Source: Carcharhinus amblyrhynchos (lineage: Eukaryota). From it: a stretch of DNA of 64,000 nucleotides. The stretch covers positions 41,106,001-41,170,000 of the forward strand of contig OZ336872.1 in the NCBI GenBank assembly GCA_965287045.1, read 5' to 3'. The notes below the pieces were generated by a model. That model was not told where the DNA came from, searched no databases, and saw only the letters and a list, made by a program, of their open reading frames with translations. The position numbers and the translations under genes are program-made. Positions 36,971 to 50,090 of this stretch are shown here, in pieces (position 1 is the stretch's first letter; each line of letters begins with the position of its first letter).

Positions 36971-39900
36971 ATTTTTGCTGATTTGAAGAGGACTTTTGCT
37001 GGTTTAAAGACAATTTTTGAAAAACACTGAAAGAAGCTGTCAAGACTGTACCATCATTCTATCAATTCTGGAAAATCTGAGTATTTCACCTAAAAATATG
37101 TAATTGCTGTGCTCCTTTATTCAATATTTTAAGGAGTCACCTAGAGAAGGGTATTAGCACCTTGCTAGGGGGGTCTCCTCAGTCTGTGTGAGAAGGACAT
37201 GAGATCAGGTAGAGCAGCACTGGCTAATGCAAAAGAGGGGGGAAACGTGGGAAAGTGGATACTCCCTGCTACAGGGCAAAACTTCTCTGAACCAATGCCC
37301 CGTCCAAGGAGTGCATGCCCTCTTGGTCTCTATAAGTCATCCTGAAATGTGATACTGTATATCAGCCTATTTAGGCAAATCAGATAACCAATTAAAATAC
37401 ATAAAGGGATGCTGTCTTAAACAAAAACAAATCACAAATGAAGCTTAAAACATCGAACCAAAATGTGATTCTGTGCCCAATTGGCACCCAGTTCCTGCAG
37501 TGCCCATTGGGCACAAAAGGCATTGTATATAAACCAGTATGCTGACAGTGGAAGTAAGTGCAGCCCACATATATAATGCCCAAAGCAAATTGCATCTAAT
37601 TAGTGCTTGAGGTGCCAAATCTTTGGATGTCTCTGTTTTAGCATCTCCAGGCAAGATCTAATGATAATCAATAACTCAAGGCCATACTGGTGTTTTAAAC
37701 CTAGACTTTTCAAACAGGTATGCTTTATTAACATGACACCCATTTAGCACATTTTCACCCATTAACCAAAAGTAATTTCTATGGTGCCTTGTAAGAGTTA
37801 AGCCCATTTTCAGATTTCAATAGTTGAATGAGCAGTGAACTTTGACAGTGGCTGATCCTGTATGAATGTTTTCCCGCAGTAAAAATTTGGAAACCTTCAG
37901 AATATTACATTGACTGTTTTCTTCTGGAAAATGGGTTCTATATCTGGACGCTGTTTATAGGGCCAAGTTTTCCAACTACATGCTTTTTGGAGCCTTAATA
38001 ACGAGGAGGGCATGTTGAAAATTTAGGTAAATATTAAGAGAGAAGTTTTCATTTGTGTTACAGGGATAATGTTAGACTTTTGTCTCTGGGGGTGTGAGTT
38101 TCAGATATGTATGTGAAAATCTTAATCTGATAGCCGATATTAAAGTTTTATGAAAGAGTCAGAAAGTTGTTAGAAAATAAATCAACGATGGAGCCATTAA
38201 TTATTTTAAATGTTAACTACGTAGAGTTCAATGGAAGTTAATATCATTAATGAAAAGGAGATCTCTTCAAGATGATCATTTCAGTGAGGTTAAGTAGGGA
38301 TATACGTTGGCATAAGAGATTAGTGTAAGATAGTCGAACAATATATGAAAGGTCAAAGTTTATTAAGATGAGAATTAGGAGATAAAAAGAATAACTTGAA
38401 AACAATTTATTGCTGACAATATAGGGATACTGAAAATAGCACCATAGACCAACCAGTTTGAAAAGAGAGGATTTGGTACTGCACTCAAATATATGCATCC
38501 AAAATATTAATTCATCCTTCAATTTGTCAGATGTCTAGCAGTCTCAATATTTTTATTTTTGTACTAGTGCTAAGAAATATTGAACTGGAACTTCCTCTCA
38601 GTGGTAATCACCACTGGGTTGCCACTCCATTCCTTTTGACTTACCTAAGTCAGGAGCTGCACATTTTTCACTTGATCTTCCATTGTGGGTCTGGTAATAA
38701 ATGTTTCAACCAGTTGGTCTGGACCTATTCCAGTGTAGCACAGCAATGTCAGGGGAGATGAAGTTATGTCCTCTTCTTGTGGCACTGCTGTTGGGAGATG
38801 GGTGTCAGTGGTGGAGGTTTGGGACTGCTTGGGGGGTTGGAGTTGGGTGGACACAGAGGAAGGGCTCAGGAGGGTAGTGAAAGATTTGGGGATGAGGGAT
38901 AGCATTCAGTCTTGTACTTACCAGGAGTTAGAAGTGGTTTTAATCCTTCCAATTGTTAACTATTCTGTTAAGAAAGTTGGAACCATCAGATGTCTTTGAT
39001 TTAAATCGTAGTATTGGATGGCTTCAAGCGTAGTATAATTGCCCATTGGAAATTTTAACTTCCTGGGCAATTTCTATGCAGCCCAGGTGGCGGACTTCCA
39101 GGTGGTGCCCCTGCATACTTTCTGGGGTATGTCCAGGGTACAAACCCCATGGAGATGGAAAATTCTGGGCCAATTTGCATTGTACAGGGCAAACATAAAA
39201 AAAAAGTCAGTGAAGCGAAAGATCCTACTGTACCTCATTGCTGAAGATTATGAAAAGCTAAGAAAAATAATGTTTATTCATAATAAATAAATACCATTAA
39301 ATGACCTGGAAAGTAACCTGAATTCATAAGATTAAGACAGACATTTTTCGTGTTATTATTCATACTATGTGGCAATGTTCTAGTTAATTCTCCTTTAGAC
39401 TAATTTTATAACCTACCCACAATGTAGCTTTATCGAGCAGTCTGTTGGGTGATGCTCCTGTTTTAATAGATACAAAGAGGTAGATGTATGAAGATGCAAG
39501 GCACACTTGAGCATTTGAAAGCTACAAGGAGTTCACATCAACTCTCCAACTCAAATATTATTTTACACTTGAATACAAAATAGCCAAGATTCTTTTTTAA
39601 CTATGGAAGTTCAATTATGCAAACCCTTACACATTATTCCAATTTTCAATGATTTTAAACTGTCCTTTCTTTGGGTTCATATGTGCTTCAGAAAATGAAC
39701 TGGATTCAAACTTTCCTACATAAGTTCATTCGAAACATTTGTTCTGTCTTATTTTGACACATTACAGATTGTTTTGCTATTCTTAACATATTTTGAAAAA
39801 GATGGTTGTAATCTACCCTTTTTACTGACTTGATCTTTCCCTTATCCCATTTTAACTACACCAAAAAATTGTCTTTTTGTGCGCATGACTTGAGCACTAC

Positions 39901-42294
39901 AGAAACTGATAAGGTCAAAGTTGTTTGGGTGATGTTTAATCCCCTTTATCACAATTGATTGCATTGCAAAATTAATATTGAATATAAGAGGAGGACCATG
40001 TAGTATAGTAACATGTTGTAGATTTGACTGGGTACACTGTTTATTTGTTCTAACGCTGAAGGAGAAAAGCATTTTTAAATGTGACTATTTTTCTGGAATA
40101 TTTTAAGCAGAGTTTTAAGTAGTATTTTGAAAATTCTTTCTCCATAGCCTGATGGAAAATAACTCCATCAAGAATTTGGAATGTTAGGTTTATTGCATGT
40201 TTTGGAATGCCTATGACACAACTTTGCAGTTTGCTGCAACCTTTAGAGGCATTTTTATTTAAAAGCACAACTGCATATGATATCCTTACTAAAATTCTCC
40301 ATTAAATTGTTTAGTGCACAATTTTAAACTAGTAATGTCGAAGGTAACTTTGATTTGTTTGACAACCCTAAATACTAGTGTCTGGCTGCACTTTAAGACT
40401 ATAATAATTTATGCACTGACTTAGGAGCTAATTAGTCTGATTATACACTAGCCGCATTTGTTGTGGCACAGAAGTATTCCATTCACTTCATGTAAAGGAT
40501 TAGTGGCTCTGGGAATGTTTCAAACTGACAGATCTTGAATAGAAAGAGAGCTTTTATTTTTGTATATAGTGTGCACAAAAAAAATCAAGTGTTTGTTGCT
40601 ATTGGATTATCTGTTATATAAGGAAACATTTTTAAAAGCTACGAGTTGGGTTAAATATGTTATTACTTTTGCTTCCTTTAATGTAAAAAAGAACTCATGG
40701 TTTAATCGCATAAATTGTAAACAAATAATTTGCAAGTGACAACAGAATAAAGGATTATTATCAGAACAAAGTAAACTTTCTGATTACCTCAGCTGTGTAT
40801 AGATACCTGACTAAAATAAGCACATGGCTCTTGATATGGCATTTAGACATCCGACACCTGCTTTAGGATCACCAATAGGAAAATATTGTTCCTTGATTTT
40901 CCTCTGAGCCACTCAATATCCTTCCTTAAAAATGCCAGCTGATTGATGTTCTTTGTTCATCACTGGATCAAAATGTTCCAACATACATAAGTGACAGTCT
41001 TTCTTTCCATGCTTTCCTCTCTCCTCACTCTCACTGTCTTCTCTTCCACCCATAATGGTCCTCTTTTCTCCAACTGAGCTCCCGCCCTGCCCCGCCCCAT
41101 GTCGTTTCAGCACTTCTGTGCTGATGGCTGTCCATAGCAGTCTCCTTTTGCTGTTTTTCCAGTTGCTGAGCAGGCTGTCCTCCTCTCTGGGTTCTTCAGC
41201 CATTCTCACCTCCTCACATCATCTGTCCCTCCTTGGACATATTGAATCCTGTAGGTGTAAACAAGATTGTCCCATCGTATAGACATATAAAATCAACAGT
41301 TTTACATTTTGACCTGGATGTTTTCATCTAATTTCAAGGTGCTGTATAAAAGTATTTTAAAATAGATTCTACGTAATACAACAATGTCATTTCCTGTGTG
41401 ACCTATAAAAATGAATGTGTTTGAAACATGTGTATCGGTTTATACATTCACTTTACTGCCTTAGAATGCAGGTTTTCTTTTAAAGATTTCCATGTGGTAA
41501 TTGACCACAGGAGAATAGTTTTAATTATTTTGCTGCTGTCATCTGTAAAATTAGAAATGTCGAGCACTGTTCAAAGTCTGTAAGGATGACTGTGGCATCG
41601 GAAGGAAATGATTTATGTGAAACAATGCTGTAGATGACACATCATCTGGCCTGTCAAAATTTGTGATTTTTGTGAATGAATCAGCAAATATAAAAAAGGA
41701 AACAGAATTCTCAATTTGTAATGCTTGAACATAGTGTAGGGTTATACCAGAAAGTAGCTCAAGTATAATATTGCCCATGTTAATGATGATCAAATACTTT
41801 GTGCATGCAGATCTTCGAGTTTATGGCTTAATAACTGAAGACAGATCAGGACCGAATGCCTCACAATGGGTTATGTCTTAATTGGACCTCTGCACTAAAG
41901 CCAATATGCTACTGGTATACATAGTAAAATGCATTTCATTTCAAACTCTTGGTGGGTAATTTAATTCACACCATAAACATCAGCTTCTCTGCTGGAGATT
42001 TGTTTGGAAATTTCCATTAGTGAGCGTCGGTCCTTCTGACAAATGCATTTACAGGCAAACCTCTGTTTGGAATATATACCTGATATCCTAAATGTTTTTC
42101 TAAAAATATCTTGATAAATATTTTTTTCAAATTAATTAATGGTTCATTCATAAGAATATGATGTACTTTACCTTTATTCCTCTCCCCATCGTATATATGT
42201 TTTAAAATATCTTCCACTTGTTCGAGCCATGCAAGATTACTTGGTTGCAGGGGTGAATAGTTGACATTGCCCCACTCAATGATCCATTCTTCTT

Positions 42295-42790
42295 ATTCAT
42301 TCATGGGATGTGAGCGTCACTGGCAATGCCAGCATTTGCTGCCCATCCTTAATTGCTTCAGAGAATGTGGTGGTGAGCCAATTTCTTGAACTGCTGCAGT
42401 CTGTGTGCTGTAGATATAACTACAGTGCTGTTGGGGAAGGCATTCCAGGATTGTGACCCAGTGATAATCAAAGGTTTGCGATATAGTTCCAAGTCAGGAT
42501 AGTGTGTGGCTTAGAGGAGAAGTTGCAACTGGCACTGTTCCCCATGCTATCTTGTTCTTCTAGATGGAAGAGTTTGCTAGTTTAGAAAGTACTGTTGAGG
42601 GTGCCTTGGTGAGATGCTGCACTGCATTTTGTAGATGTGCATCTTGTAGGTGTTTCACATTGCTGCCATTTTGTGCTGATGAGAGTATTGATCAAGCAGA
42701 CTGCTTTAATCTCAATGTATTTGAGTTTGTTGAGCGCTAGAGCTGCCTTAAACCCCTTATTTGTGCAATATTTGTGGTGGGCGAGCTTTG
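42295..42790 (-). mobile_element. LINE 3' end (family of 8495)
   Basis: attcattcatgggatgtgagcgtcactggc..gccagcatttgctgcccatccttaattgc is the reverse complement of the tail. Confidence 0.75.
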
Positions 42791-42824
42791 AGGTGTTGCA
42801 AGTTAATCACACAAAGTTAGTTGT

Positions 42825-43560
42825 GTGAAAACTGGAATAAATCATGCTATTTTTTCAGTGGGAGTTCAGAGAAGAATCTCCCACACTTTGTGCACTGCAC
42901 TGCACTAGTGTAAATCCTGTTAAAAATCAGGAGGCGGGGTCTACTTCCACTGGAGACACCGGCAGCATAGCGCTGAGCAGGCCACTGCACATGCAGCAAT
43001 CTGTCAGCACCGAGATGGCTGCTCCTGTCTGCCAGTCTCCCGATCACTGGCCAACCATGTGATCTCCGCACTGTGGGCCCCCCTCTTTCCCCCCCAAGGC
43101 CTGATTGCTGGTCCCCAGTCGTGCCCAGGCCCAGTCCCAACCCCACTCTGTCCCCCTCCAACTAGCCTCGATCATTACCCCCCCCACCCCACGGCAGTGT
43201 GATTGCTGGACTCTCTCCCTTTGTTTGCGATCCCAAATGCAGAATGGCAGCAGGTCCCCCCACCCCACCGATTGCCCCATAGGCCCTTCCCCCATCAGCC
43301 CCTGCTGTCTTGACACTGCTCACAGCCCAGAGGGCAGTGCCAAGGTGCCCCCTGGACAGTATGAGTGTGCCCAGTCTTGTACTGCCGAAGTGCCAATGCC
43401 TGGGGGCAACCGCCTCGTCAACTGACCCTTTGGTGACGCCCCTTATTGCTCCCCTGTTCACTCCAGCAGGATGTGTAGTATCACACCCTGCCAACACACC
43501 CACCCCTCACCAATCCCCAAAACCCTGCCATTCCCTACTTATCACGCTAAGCATCCTTCC
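42825..43560 (-). mobile_element. GC-rich MITE-like element, inverted relative to the copy at 55273-56240
   Basis: tgaaaactggaataaatcatgctattttttcagtgggagttcagagaagaatctccca is the near reverse complement of 56132-56202; ccggcagcatagcgctga mirrors tcagcactatgctgccgg. Confidence 0.75.
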
Positions 43561-43962
43561 CCTGCAGTATCTTCCGGACAAACAATTTTAATGGTTGGGG
43601 AAGTTCCTCTTGGCCTCTTTGGTTGATGTTAGCATATTATTGAGACCTGACCGTTAAAATGACATTTCTTGCTGTCAAACCTCACGGAAGTCAAAATTGC
43701 CCTATGTACCTGAAATGTTTTGGATTGTTGATAGCCACGCCTGTGCAGAATAAAGCTTGCCTTATCTAGCTTTAATGTGAGGTTTGTAACTGAACTTAAT
43801 ATCTGTTCTCTGTTAGCAGTATTTGTAGCACATAATTGACAGAGGTTAACCTGACTATCGGATTACTGTGTCCTACAGAATTGTTTTGGTACTTAGTTTA
43901 ACTGTTTCAGAACAGAATATTTCCATTCATACTGAGTGAAGCTGAGAATATTGTATGTTCAT

Positions 43963-44287
43963 AGATTCATAGCATCATACAATGCAGAAGGAGGCTATTC
44001 GGCCCATCAAATCTACACTAACCACAATCTCACCTAGGCCATATTCCATTAACCCCATGTATTTACCCTGCTAATTTCTCTGACACTGAGGAACAATTTA
44101 GCATGACCAATCCAACTAACCTACACACCTTTGGACTGTGGAAGGAAACTGGAGCACCTGGAGGAAGCCCATGCAGACAATGGGGAGAATGTGCAAACTC
44201 CACACAGACAGTGACCCAAGCCGGGAATTGAACTCGGGTTTCGAGCGCTGAAGCAGCAGCGCTAACCACTGTGCCACCATGCTGCCC
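43963..44287 (-). mobile_element. Full-length HE1-type SINE with an 8-bp target-site duplication
   Basis: Head GGGCAGCATGGTGGCACAGTGGTTAGC, V-core, CR1-type tail GATGGGCCGAATAGCCTCCTTCTGCATTGTATGATGCTATGAATCT; TSD ATGTTCAT at 43955-43962 and 44288-44295. Confidence 0.92.
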
Positions 44288-45253
44288 ATGTTCATGTAAT
44301 TAAAATGGTTATTGCTCCAGTATAATATTTGAAAAGGTCCTTCAAAGGTTCTTTAGTCTGCTACTTCCTCTTTGAATTTGTACTGAGCACTTTGCAGCTT
44401 TTAAAGTTCATGCTTTACTCTAGAGTCTAGAGAAGGCAGTTGTCATCATTTAAATGACCCATGAATACTTCTGGCTTTTGCCATTTAGAGTATTTACGGG
44501 CTTTTAAGTTTTTTAATTTCAGGAGGCTTCTCAAGTTTGAAACATAAGTCATCAATGAAATAACAGGTTAGAAGGCAACATTGAATACCTTCTCACTGTT
44601 AAAGATCAGCTGCTCTATAGGAATATTCTGATATTTTGGATGGTCTGTCTGTTGTAGAATGATGCAGCACTGAAGGAGGTCAGCCAGCCCCCTAGCCTGT
44701 GCCAGCTCTTTGAAAGAATTAACCAAATTAGTCACACTTGCCCCACTCTTTCCCCACATCTTAACTTTAATTCAAGGGATGAAAGAGAAGGAAGGTCTGA
44801 TTTGCTTTGACTAGGCTCAACTTTGTATTGTAGTTTATATAATGTTTCAAAGAGCCATGTGAAGGGATTCTGGTTTATTGGGTAAGACAACTGCAGATAT
44901 CAATGCACGTGGATCCCAGAGCAGAAAACACATACATTTGTCATTTTATTGCAATTCCCTGAGAAAAAGTTAAAACACACATTCAGCTTTTACATTTAAC
45001 CATGTGAAGATTTCCTTTGACTCTTAGCAGCTATTCAACTTATTATGGTTTAAGTATTAAAAAATTACCTTGGAAGCGTGTACGCTGCATATTGTCAAAC
45101 TGTGTGTGCCAGCTCTTAACTTTGTGTCAATAATAATCACAATCACTAGCACACTGAATCGTGTTCTGTAGCTAACAAGCATATTTTTTTCTGCTCATCT
45201 GTTGTCAGAATCTAATAGAAGCCTGTTTTCTCCATTATTGGTTTCCACCACAG

Positions 45254-45503
45254 CAATTCATCAGAGCCGCAAGGATCAGCTAAACCCCCATTAACCTCCT
45301 CCAATATGACATCACGAATACTGCTACGACAGCAGCTCATGCGCGAGCAAATGCAAGAGCAAGAACGACGAGAACAGCAGCAGCAGCAGCAGGCAGCACA
45401 GTTCATTCAGCAACGAGTGCCAGTCAGCCAGACACAGGCCATCAACGTCAGCGTCCCCACCAGCCTACCCACAAATACCCAGGTGCCAATGGAAGTCCTC
45501 AAG
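45254..45503 (+). CDS. mitf: MITF common exon 1B1b (second exon of non-melanocyte isoforms), N-terminal Q-rich MiT/TFE region
   Basis: Acceptor ...ttccaccacAG|C and donor AAG|GTATAG; length 250 nt. Translation NSSEPQGSAKPPLTSSNMTSRILLRQQLMREQMQEQERREQQQQQQAAQFIQQRVPVSQTQAINVSVPTSLPTNTQVPMEVLK matches recalled human MITF (SSSAEHPGASKPPISSSSMTSRILLRQQLMREQ...TQVPMEVLK). QRVPVSQT and VPMEVLK favour MITF over TFEB/TFE3/TFEC. Confidence 0.96.
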
Positions 45504-48349
45504 GTATAGCTTAATCCTTTACATCTATATTCCTGATCAGACTGTGTATTACCCAAGATATCAGACTTTTTGAAGAGATGTTCATTAAGCTAACAAAGAG
45601 AATAATATTCTCCCTATTTTAGATTAACCAGATGAACAGCAGGAGAATTATGCACAGTATAAATATTTTTCAATCCTAACAGTTAATGATTGGTTGAAAT
45701 TAAAAGCAAATATATATTTGCTACAGTGCATTGTCCTTGAAAATGATAACAGGGCAAATTTGATTCCAATACAGCTGTTGCATTCATTTTCAAAGTTATT
45801 TTTCGGCAAGTACTTTTTATCAGCTGCCCTGAATTGAAGCTCTTCACAGAAATGACTGCACTATCTAATACATGCTGGGCTTTCAACTCTTTGCCAATGG
45901 TCACATTTAATCCAATTTCCTCCAATGAGTTGACATCTTCTAATCAACCTGATTCTTCATCAGACAAGGAACTACAGGAGCTTGTTAGTATCTCCCTATT
46001 ATAGGGGATAGAGTAAATACCTTCCTAATGACCACAGGATCTCCATTTGTGTAATACAAGAATTTTGATTGTTCTTGTTGTGAATCTGCATCTTGATTCA
46101 AGTATTTGAAATGTCACTTGAAATGTTTGGATTTTGATCATTTGTTTCACTTAGAATACAAAAGCACAAATTAAAAACAACTGCACAACAAGGTTAATTT
46201 CATAGTGGCTGAATACTATTATACATAGGTCTGTTATTTATCTGCTCTGTGCATTAGATCTTTGATCAATTTTATCATTTCTGAAGCTCGTCCCAAAAAA
46301 ATTCCAGAAAGATTCCATCCTGATCTCTACCTCTGTTTAATATGCTAATTTTGAAGGGATTTTTTTCATTGAATGCTTCAAATGATGCACAGTTTCACCT
46401 TTAAACAATAAGATTTGTGTTGTTCTGTTTCCATTTTGTCTGAAACCTGTAATCAGCTTTGTAAAAGCAGACATGACAAGTTTCACTTGAATGAGAGAAA
46501 CTGAGAAACAGCAAGGTAAAGCAACTTGACATGTTTTGAATTTTACTTTGCTGTAATTTCCATTTTGTTCCTTAGCAAAAGGACCTGCTAAGTAAGTAAG
46601 AATCGTATGAACTGGGCAATACTTAAGACCAGAATTCTCAAACAAGTGTGTGCTATTTTTGTTTCAACTGAAGTTGGTCACAGGTTTTGAATATTTTATT
46701 CATCCTAATTACCACTACAATCCTGTCTGTTGGTAGTAAAACCTCAAATTCCTGCAGCTGGAACTTTATAATATAACTACAGTGGAATCCCAATAAGTTA
46801 TTTTGACGTTTGTGTCAAAAGGGCTGTAAGGGTGTCTGTGAGTGTGGGATTGGGGGGCGGGGGGGGATGGGGTCGGAGGAGTTTTTGATGTCAAAGATTG
46901 ATAAAAAAAATCTACAATTGAGTTTCAAAGCTATAATATTGGGAAGGCTGGATTTTCCCTCTGGGGAAAGGAAAGAGGAGTTAGAATTATTTCCAAACTC
47001 TGAACTCACCTTGAGGTCCAAACAGTCACTCTTAAAGGTTTTCACAGAGGCAACCACTTATGAAGACAGATTCCTTATCCAATTAAGCATGGTGGGACCT
47101 TTCAACATGACAGGAGCAGCAGGTTGCAGTGGATTGCAAGTAACTAAGAGGGCCCTTCCACATGGAGATGCTGTCACACCAACTTTTTAAAAAAGTTCAA
47201 TAAAAACAAGTACAATATCCAGTCTCCTTTTAACTGTTGTTAACTAAGCCTTTAACAAGTCCATTTGGCTGCAGGCTTCGTGGAGACAGCTAACCCTCTG
47301 ACCCCACCTCAACAAAAGTTCCTTGTGCCAGGAACAGATTTGGGAAATGGGCATGCCAGCTGGCACTGGTACTTCTGGGCTCCATCTGCCTCTGTTCCAT
47401 GTGGATCCATGATGCCTGAAAAGCCACCCCAGCGTGCTGAACAAATTCCCGGCATGAAGCTCCTGTGTGTTAGATGGTTCAGACGACGCATCGCTTCTCC
47501 ACATAGACCAAGACAGTTCCAGGTCCAATTTTTGGCCTATTCCAAGTTAGCTTGTCTGAGCCCAGGGAGGAGTCAAGAGCTGCTCATTCATGTCCAGCAC
47601 CTCCTGTTTGAAGTATACATGTTGAAATAACAGGTGAGAAAAAGATCCTGGTGGTATTCATGGTCAAGTAGCTGATTGAAAGACAGCCTATACTTTTGGA
47701 TATTGGTTACGTGGCCAAGTTATCAGAGAGCATCTAGATTGTGTAATTATATTAAAAAAATGTGAAAACTTAAAAAAGAGGCAGCACTGTATGAAAGTTT
47801 AGTCAGAGCTTCCAGGTTGAATAGAAACCTTATAGAATATTGTATAGCATGGATAGTTTTCAAATATGTAATGGAAAAGTGTGCTGTATGTGAAAGGATT
47901 GAGGAGGTATTGATGATATCTTACCTGGTGGTACATAGTTTCGCATGACCAGCACAAAGTTTTTTTTTGAACAGTGTTTACAAACAAAGTAATAGACATT
48001 ATTGTGCTTTGTTCACTGAGAATAAATACTTGCCTAGATACATTTTTTTTCATGGACGGACTTCTGGCAATAATATCTATTTAGTAAAGCTGCTTCTTGT
48101 GTTGTTTTTTGTATGTCAAGCAGTGACCTGTTTGCACTATGGTCATTTGTTAATTTGTACAGATTACTATTAAACTGGCCAATCAAAGGTCAATTTCTTA
48201 GTTAACTCCTTAATTGGTCCCTTTATTTTCGGCGGTCAAAGGACTCGTCTGACTCAGGCAGGAGGCCTCACTCATATATGATGATTAGGTGAGATGTCAA
48301 AAACTTTCCATAGTGTGGCTAGGAGCAGAATTATTTTTCCAGGCCCCAC

Positions 48350-50090
48350 AAGGCAAGTGTTTGGAAAGGTGTCTTTGTGCACTGTGTCTTGCCATTGTCA
48401 TATGACCTCTGTCATCATTTTGTGTATAAAGGCTTGAGAGTAGAAGTCTGCTATCATGGAGTGTGCAGTTGAAATTGAGTAGATTTTGGTAGCTGGAAGA
48501 AAGTCAGCCACTGTAAGAAACAGCAGAGTAATCAAATTTCAGTCTCCAACTTTGTACAGGACATTGACTGTTGGGTGTGCCTGTGTGGCTTTAAATATTC
48601 CAGCACCAGTCCTATCAAGATGAAGGGAGATTTGAAAATAAATTGTAAATTCTTCCAGTCTCCATGAAAGAACTATGAGAAACTATGATAACAAGATACC
48701 TGAACCAAAAAAAAGTAGAACCATAGAATCTCTACATCCAATTGAGTCTACACTGATTCTCTGAAAGAGCATCTCACCCAGGTCCTCCCCTCTGCACTAT
48801 CTCTGTAACCTCAAGCACATTTATCATGTTTAATCCACCTAACCTACACATCTTTGGACACTAAGGGGAAATTTAGCATGGCCAATCCACCCATCCTGCA
48901 CAACCTTGTCAGTGTTCGAGAAATTGCGCTCTAGACCTCAATGAGGAGGAGAAAATCCTGTCTTTTGAAATTTTGGAAGCCATGGCCCACTTTGAGCCCT
49001 CTACTAATGTTACTCATGAATACCACTGGTTCAACACCAGTGCTCAGGGAGAGGGGGAAAATTTTGATCAGTACATGACCCCCATTGAGACCTCCTGCTG
49101 AATTTGGTGAGTGAACCACTGAAGGATGATCTGCTTAGAGATAGGATTGTCTTGCAAGCAAGAGATCCTACTGAGAGATGAGAAACTTACTCTCGAAAAA
49201 GCTATTGACATGTGCAGAACTCCAAAGTGGAGAATCATCAGATGAAGAATATTGATGGGAGAACTGATATGGCCCTGTTCTATGATGGGAGGCAGTTCAG
49301 GCCTCCCGAGCACAACACAATGGAGATAAGGAAGAACTATTTACAGAAGGGTTCAGGACAGAGAACTGGATGTAAATATTGGAGAGGACACCCATACAAG
49401 AAAAGGAAACATCTCCAATGTAGAGAATTCAGTGGCCTATCTGCAAGAATCTAACTCACTTTGCACACAAGTTTTTCATTGGAAAGAATTAAAGCATAAA
49501 GATGGTTGCTGGAGAGATGTCGGACAATATTCCTGCTGAATTACTCTGCATCCTAGAGTAGGTTGGCATCCTCCAATCTCGAGGGAAACAAATGGTTTGT
49601 GACAATTGGAAAGATTACTGTTAAAGAATGCATTGTTTTGCGTGGATGAGATTTAGTGGACTGCACTGGTTGCAGTGTTGTCTGCCCCAACTCTTATTTC
49701 AACCCACCTTCACCACCAACCCACCCTCCTCCCGCCCCTGACAGAAGATCCAGCCTGCAGATGGACGTTTTAACATTGAGCCAAGAAACCTCTACAAACC
49801 CAACCCCAGGTCAAAATTCTGGGCCTATTTGTGCAATGTGTATGTTGGAACAGACGCAAGTGGCACAGACGCAAATGAACAGACAGTTTTCTGTACATAC
49901 TTGATTATTTTATTTGTAGACCATGTATGTGCCTGACTTAAAACTGTAAATAGTTGTGTAATCTCTGTTGTTTCTGATGAAAAGGGGCTTGTTTGGAGAA
50001 GTGTCTTTGTGGATTGCATTGGGCTTGTCATACCCATGTGACCTCTAATGTCATCTTTTGTGCATTAAGGCTTGAGAGCAGAAGCTATTT
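48350..50090 (+). mobile_element. Heavily deleted Gypsy remnant (LTR pieces plus gag), interrupted by SINE/MITE insertions
   Basis: Direct repeats ~48358-48447 and ~49989-50086 (gtttgga..gtgtctttgtg...atgacctct...aaggcttgagag.agaag); gag-like DLLRDRIVL..EILLRDEKLTLEKAIDMCR at ~49128-49220. Confidence 0.7.
48717..48904 (-). mobile_element. 3' part of an HE1-type SINE
   Basis: agaaccatagaatc tail, then aatccacctaacctacacatctttggacactaagggg.aatttagcatggccaatccacc. Confidence 0.75.

Noticed and set aside
45212-45406. Cys-rich minus-strand ORF (CCCCCC)
   Set aside because: Antisense reading of the CAG-rich MITF exon
45306-45509. 67-aa ORF as a stand-alone gene
   Set aside because: It is the internal part of a spliced MITF exon; it runs through the donor site into an intronic stop
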